Source of the DNA: Candidatus Latescibacterota bacterium
GTDB lineage: Bacteria > Latescibacterota > UBA2968 > UBA8231
Direction of reading: 5' to 3'
Length of the DNA: 64,000 nt
NCBI GenBank assembly: GCA_965243025.1
Contig: CBDETY010000003.1
Span: forward strand, 6,432,001 to 6,496,000
The notes beneath the pieces are model-generated. The model was not told where the DNA came from. It ran no database searches and saw only the letters and a program-made list of their open reading frames with translations. Below are positions 60,754 to 64,000 of the stretch, one piece after another. The translations under genes and the position numbers were made by a program. The number at the start of each line of letters is the position of its first letter. The stretch's first letter is position 1.

Positions 60754-61263
60754 GGTCTGCCGGCGGACTCAGAGACCACTTCCGGGAGGTTTTTTGCCGT
60801 TACGCAGCATGCCATAAGGTAACGGTGAAGTGCGCCCTGGCCTTTCAGGACCCGATCCCATTTTCCCACCTTGTAAAAAAAACTCTGCCGGTCTGATCTG
60901 CATCATCCATTCCTCTCCTTTTCGGGCCTGATTTCAAGCTAAATCGGCCGAAATGTCCATCTTTTACCTATTTTCCATACAAAATTCATCAAAATGTCCC
61001 TTATTTCCACCAGTTTACCACTCATGGGGGATTATATTAGCTGAATCCGGTTTTTCAGGTCGCAGCCCGGTTACCCCTGCCGGAGTCCCTCAAATCGCGG
61101 CTGCAGTATCCGGAAGGGTGCAGTCACGCCGGCTGTTACCTCAAGTAGCGCCGACCGGTTTGGCGGGGTAGCCGTCAGCCTGGGAAGCCCGGAGATACAA
61201 AGCGGACAACCGTCCGTCAGTCACCTTTTGAGCTTGTCTTTTCCGAGAAGGAGAACCGTCCTG

Positions 61264-63057
61264 ATGAAAGCTCGAACTCTTTTCCCCCTGGGATACATGA
61301 CTCCTGTTGTCGGTCTGCTCGTACTGTCCGGCGTCTTTTCCCATGCACGCCCCGCTTCGGGGCAGACGCAGGAAGCGTGTCCACTTCCTCCAGGCGTGAC
61401 GCCTCCTGCAGATCCGCGTGTGACGGCGCAACAGGTGGAAGACGGCAGCGCCAGCCTGATGGACTTCGTGCTGGCCCTGAAAAATCATCCGGAGCTCAGC
61501 GAAGTATCGGGGAGTTTGCACAGGATGTTGCACCTCGGATGTCTCTACAGGCAGGAGGGGGGGCCGTACCGTTCCGGTTCCACCTACCTCATTCAACTGA
61601 CGCCCGACGGCAGGCTGTCCGCTCACGCAAAGAACATGTCCTTGTCGGGCCGGCTACTCGATCCCTTGATATATGGAGCGATCCTTCAAGCGTTGGGAAT
61701 CAACCCGGCCGACCTCACCGACCGCGCTGCCGCCCTGGCCGCTTTTGCTGCCGCGTTAGCCGGGGACGGCGGCCCGTTCAATGTGCCCGATATCCCAGGG
61801 GCTTCCGGCTATGCCGCCGCAATTACATCGCCCAGTTTCCAGGCCCCGATCGTGCTGCTGGCGGGATTCGATCTCAACGAATCTCACGTAGTTGATGAAG
61901 TCATCGATTACGGGGACCCGACCGTTACCGCCAGGGACGTAGTGGACCGGGAAACCCTGACGGCCTTCGTCACTCAAGCGGGGGAGCGGTTTCGCGAAAT
62001 CTCGCAGAGCGGCGATCCAGCCGCTTTCTATAAAGCCAGGAACGCCATGCGGGATCCGAACGGGCCCTGGAGACACGGTTCCGTGTACCTCTACGTCCTG
62101 GACCTTACCAGCAACATCATCACGTTTCACGGTGCGTTTCCGGACAGATTCGAGCTACGGCCTCTGATAGCCACCGTCCGGGACGCCGTTACCGGAGAGC
62201 TCATTCTGCCTCAGGTCATCGAAGCGGCAAAAAGCAACCCGGAAGGCGGCTTCGTGGAGTATTACTTCGACGATCCCACCGACGATACCGACAGTGCCGA
62301 CATCCCCAAGGTGGGATACGCACGCGAGTTCACTGGTGAACTCGTTTTAGGCGGACGCGAAGTCCCACTCCACTTCATCATCGGGTCGGGGTTTTATGGG
62401 AGCGAACCCGAAGCACCCGAAGTTGATACCGATGGTCCCAGTACGGAAGTGGAGGTCACGGTCCTGGGCGACGCCGTCGAGGGGTTGACCGTCGAGTTCT
62501 CCCGCGCCATCGCCGGTCGTCCCCGCCATTTCGCCTGGAACGCGGTCACCGATGCCGACGGCCAGGCGTCCCTGACTATTTACGGGGGGAGGCAGGTGAG
62601 CGGTTTCTATCAGGCCCGTGCCCGCGACGCCGATGGCGAGGTGGTCGGACAGTGGGACAGCATTCCCCTCAACCGCAACCGGCGCCAAGTCCTGGAACTG
62701 ACGCTGGGCGGCGGCATGCGTGTGGTTGCGGTCGAACGACTGGACGCCGCCAAAGCGGTGACCGGGCAGGAGGAATTTCTTTCCAGCGGCCTGGAACCGA
62801 ATGCCCCCAATCCCTTCAACAGCAGCACGCAGATTCCCTACCGCCTGCAATCCCCCGGGCCCGTGCGCCTGGTGATCTACAACGTCCTCGGGCAGCAGGT
62901 GCGCACGCTGGTGGATGGGCATCAGGAGACCGGGGTGTACCAGGTTCACTGGGATGCCCGCGACCAACGGGGTTCGGAGGTTGCCGCGGGGGTCTATCTC
63001 ACGCGCCTGCAATTCCCGGGAGGGGTGCAGACGAGGCGGCTCCTCTATCTCAGATAG
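61264..63057 (+). CDS. Exported protein with tandem Cache-like domains and a FlgD-Ig/T9SS-like tail
   Basis: Signal peptide; WRHGSVYLYV..FHG..VRD..G..I...GGFVEYYF..K.GY (single-Cache pattern); NAPNPFN...AAGVY. Confidence 0.75.
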   Translation: MKARTLFPLGYMTPVVGLLVLSGVFSHARPASGQTQEACPLPPGVTPPADPRVTAQQVEDGSASLMDFVLALKNHPELSEVSGSLHRMLHLGCLYRQEGGPYRSGSTYLIQLTPDGRLSAHAKNMSLSGRLLDPLIYGAILQALGINPADLTDRAAALAAFAAALAGDGGPFNVPDIPGASGYAAAITSPSFQAPIVLLAGFDLNESHVVDEVIDYGDPTVTARDVVDRETLTAFVTQAGERFREISQSGDPAAFYKARNAMRDPNGPWRHGSVYLYVLDLTSNIITFHGAFPDRFELRPLIATVRDAVTGELILPQVIEAAKSNPEGGFVEYYFDDPTDDTDSADIPKVGYAREFTGELVLGGREVPLHFIIGSGFYGSEPEAPEVDTDGPSTEVEVTVLGDAVEGLTVEFSRAIAGRPRHFAWNAVTDADGQASLTIYGGRQVSGFYQARARDADGEVVGQWDSIPLNRNRRQVLELTLGGGMRVVAVERLDAAKAVTGQEEFLSSGLEPNAPNPFNSSTQIPYRLQSPGPVRLVIYNVLGQQVRTLVDGHQETGVYQVHWDARDQRGSEVAAGVYLTRLQFPGGVQTRRLLYLR

Positions 63058-63135
63058 CAGATTTGTTCTTCCTATCGTGGGCAAAAGAATCCCGCATCAT
63101 AAAGCGCCCCGTCAGCTACAAGGAGAACCGTCCTG

Positions 63136-64000
63136 ATGAAAGCTCGAACTCCGCTCCCTCTGGCCTGCAAAATCCCTGTTGCCGGTCTGCTCGTGCTGTC
63201 CGGCCTCTTTTTCCATGCCCGCCCCGCTTCGGGGCAGACGCAGGAAGCGTGTCCACTTCCTCCCGACGTGGCGCCTCCTGCGGATCCGCGTGTGACGGCG
63301 CAACAGGTGGAAGACGGCAGCGCCAGCCTGATGGACTTCGCGCTGGTGGCAAGGGACCGCTTGCTGAGTGATTCGGTGAAATTGAGGCAGGGAGAAACGA
63401 CGCTGGAACAGGTAACGCATTTCGGATGCCTCATGCGGCAGGAAGGAAGTCCCTGGTATTCTTCTTCCACCTACCTTGTGCAACTGACCCCCGACAGCAG
63501 GGTGCTTATACACGGCAAGGACATGGCCTTGTCGGGCCGGCTGCTCAAGCCCTCGGTATACGCAGCGATCCTGCAAGCGCTGGGCATCGACGTGGCCGAC
63601 TTGCTCAGCGGCCCGGCCACGGCCGTGGCCGCTTTCGCGGCGGCCGCCGAAGGCCAGGGCGGCCCGTTTGAGATCCCCCCGGATGCGGCCGGCTACGCCA
63701 GCGTCTATCTGTCGGCCAATTTCCAAGTCCCTATCGTGCTGCTGGCCGGGTTCGATCTGGACGAAACCCACCTGGCCGAAGAAGACATCGAATACGGCGA
63801 CCCGGCGGTTACGGCAGAGCAGGTAGTGGACCGGGAAACCCTCAAGGCTTTTGTCACCGGAGCGATGGAGCATTTCCTCGCAAGCTACCAGGCCGGCGGC
63901 GTGGTGGCCGTCTCGAAGGTCCGAACCGCCTTCAGGGATCCGGACGGGCCTTGGCGGCATGGCTCCGTCTACCTCTACATCCTGGACCGGATCAGCAACC
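63136..64000 (+). CDS. Tandem paralog of the Cache-like exported protein (truncated by the window edge)
   Basis: Same RBS and start (aggagaaccgtcctgATG); MKART...QTQEACPLPP...GPWRHGSVYLYILD, open to the end of the window. Confidence 0.8.
   Translation, partial: MKARTPLPLACKIPVAGLLVLSGLFFHARPASGQTQEACPLPPDVAPPADPRVTAQQVEDGSASLMDFALVARDRLLSDSVKLRQGETTLEQVTHFGCLMRQEGSPWYSSSTYLVQLTPDSRVLIHGKDMALSGRLLKPSVYAAILQALGIDVADLLSGPATAVAAFAAAAEGQGGPFEIPPDAAGYASVYLSANFQVPIVLLAGFDLDETHLAEEDIEYGDPAVTAEQVVDRETLKAFVTGAMEHFLASYQAGGVVAVSKVRTAFRDPDGPWRHGSVYLYILDRISN

Noticed and set aside
61040-61185. GCTGAATCC...CCGTCAGC resembling a c-di-AMP (ydaO) riboswitch
   Set aside because: The central conserved GGAGGAAC/GGGG and CCCGAA elements are not found; kept only as an unknown leader
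61264-64000. Diversity-generating retroelement explaining paralog variation
   Set aside because: No reverse transcriptase in the window; differences include indels and are not adenine-specific

Overview
GC-rich bacterial genomic window with about 52 CDS and no rRNA, tRNA, CRISPR array, integrase or transposase that I can recognise. A PorV/PorQ-family gene, several exported proteins ending in FlgD-Ig/T9SS-A-like 'PNPFN' tails, and a tatA-gatA adjacency suggest an FCB-related lineage (Latescibacterota/Gemmatimonadota-like). The expanded PhyH, sulfatase and enolase families resemble marine or sponge-associated genomes. Both points are inference. Positions 1-30 kb are an accessory mosaic: 3 enolase-superfamily genes, 3 PhyH, 2 sulfatases, GH-like proteins, an ABC-2 exporter, gene remnants, and two cassettes each bracketed by its own imperfect direct repeat. 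Positions 30-61 kb are mostly envelope and housekeeping genes (mgtE, manA/manC, tatC, lnt, radC, sodN, pcm, porV-like, gatA, tatA, pssA/psd, htrA, truA, ecfT). The best candidates for something new are: (1) an uncalled 51-codon ORF with one in-frame UGA (possible selenopeptide) that ends 3 nt before tatC; (2) tandem exported paralogs made of Cache-like sensor domains with no signalling output, a T9SS-like tail in the complete copy, and patchy divergence; (3) a lipoprotein with two DUF151 (bifunctional nuclease) domains; (4) repeat-bracketed gene cassettes. All calls come from reading motifs by eye; no searches were run.
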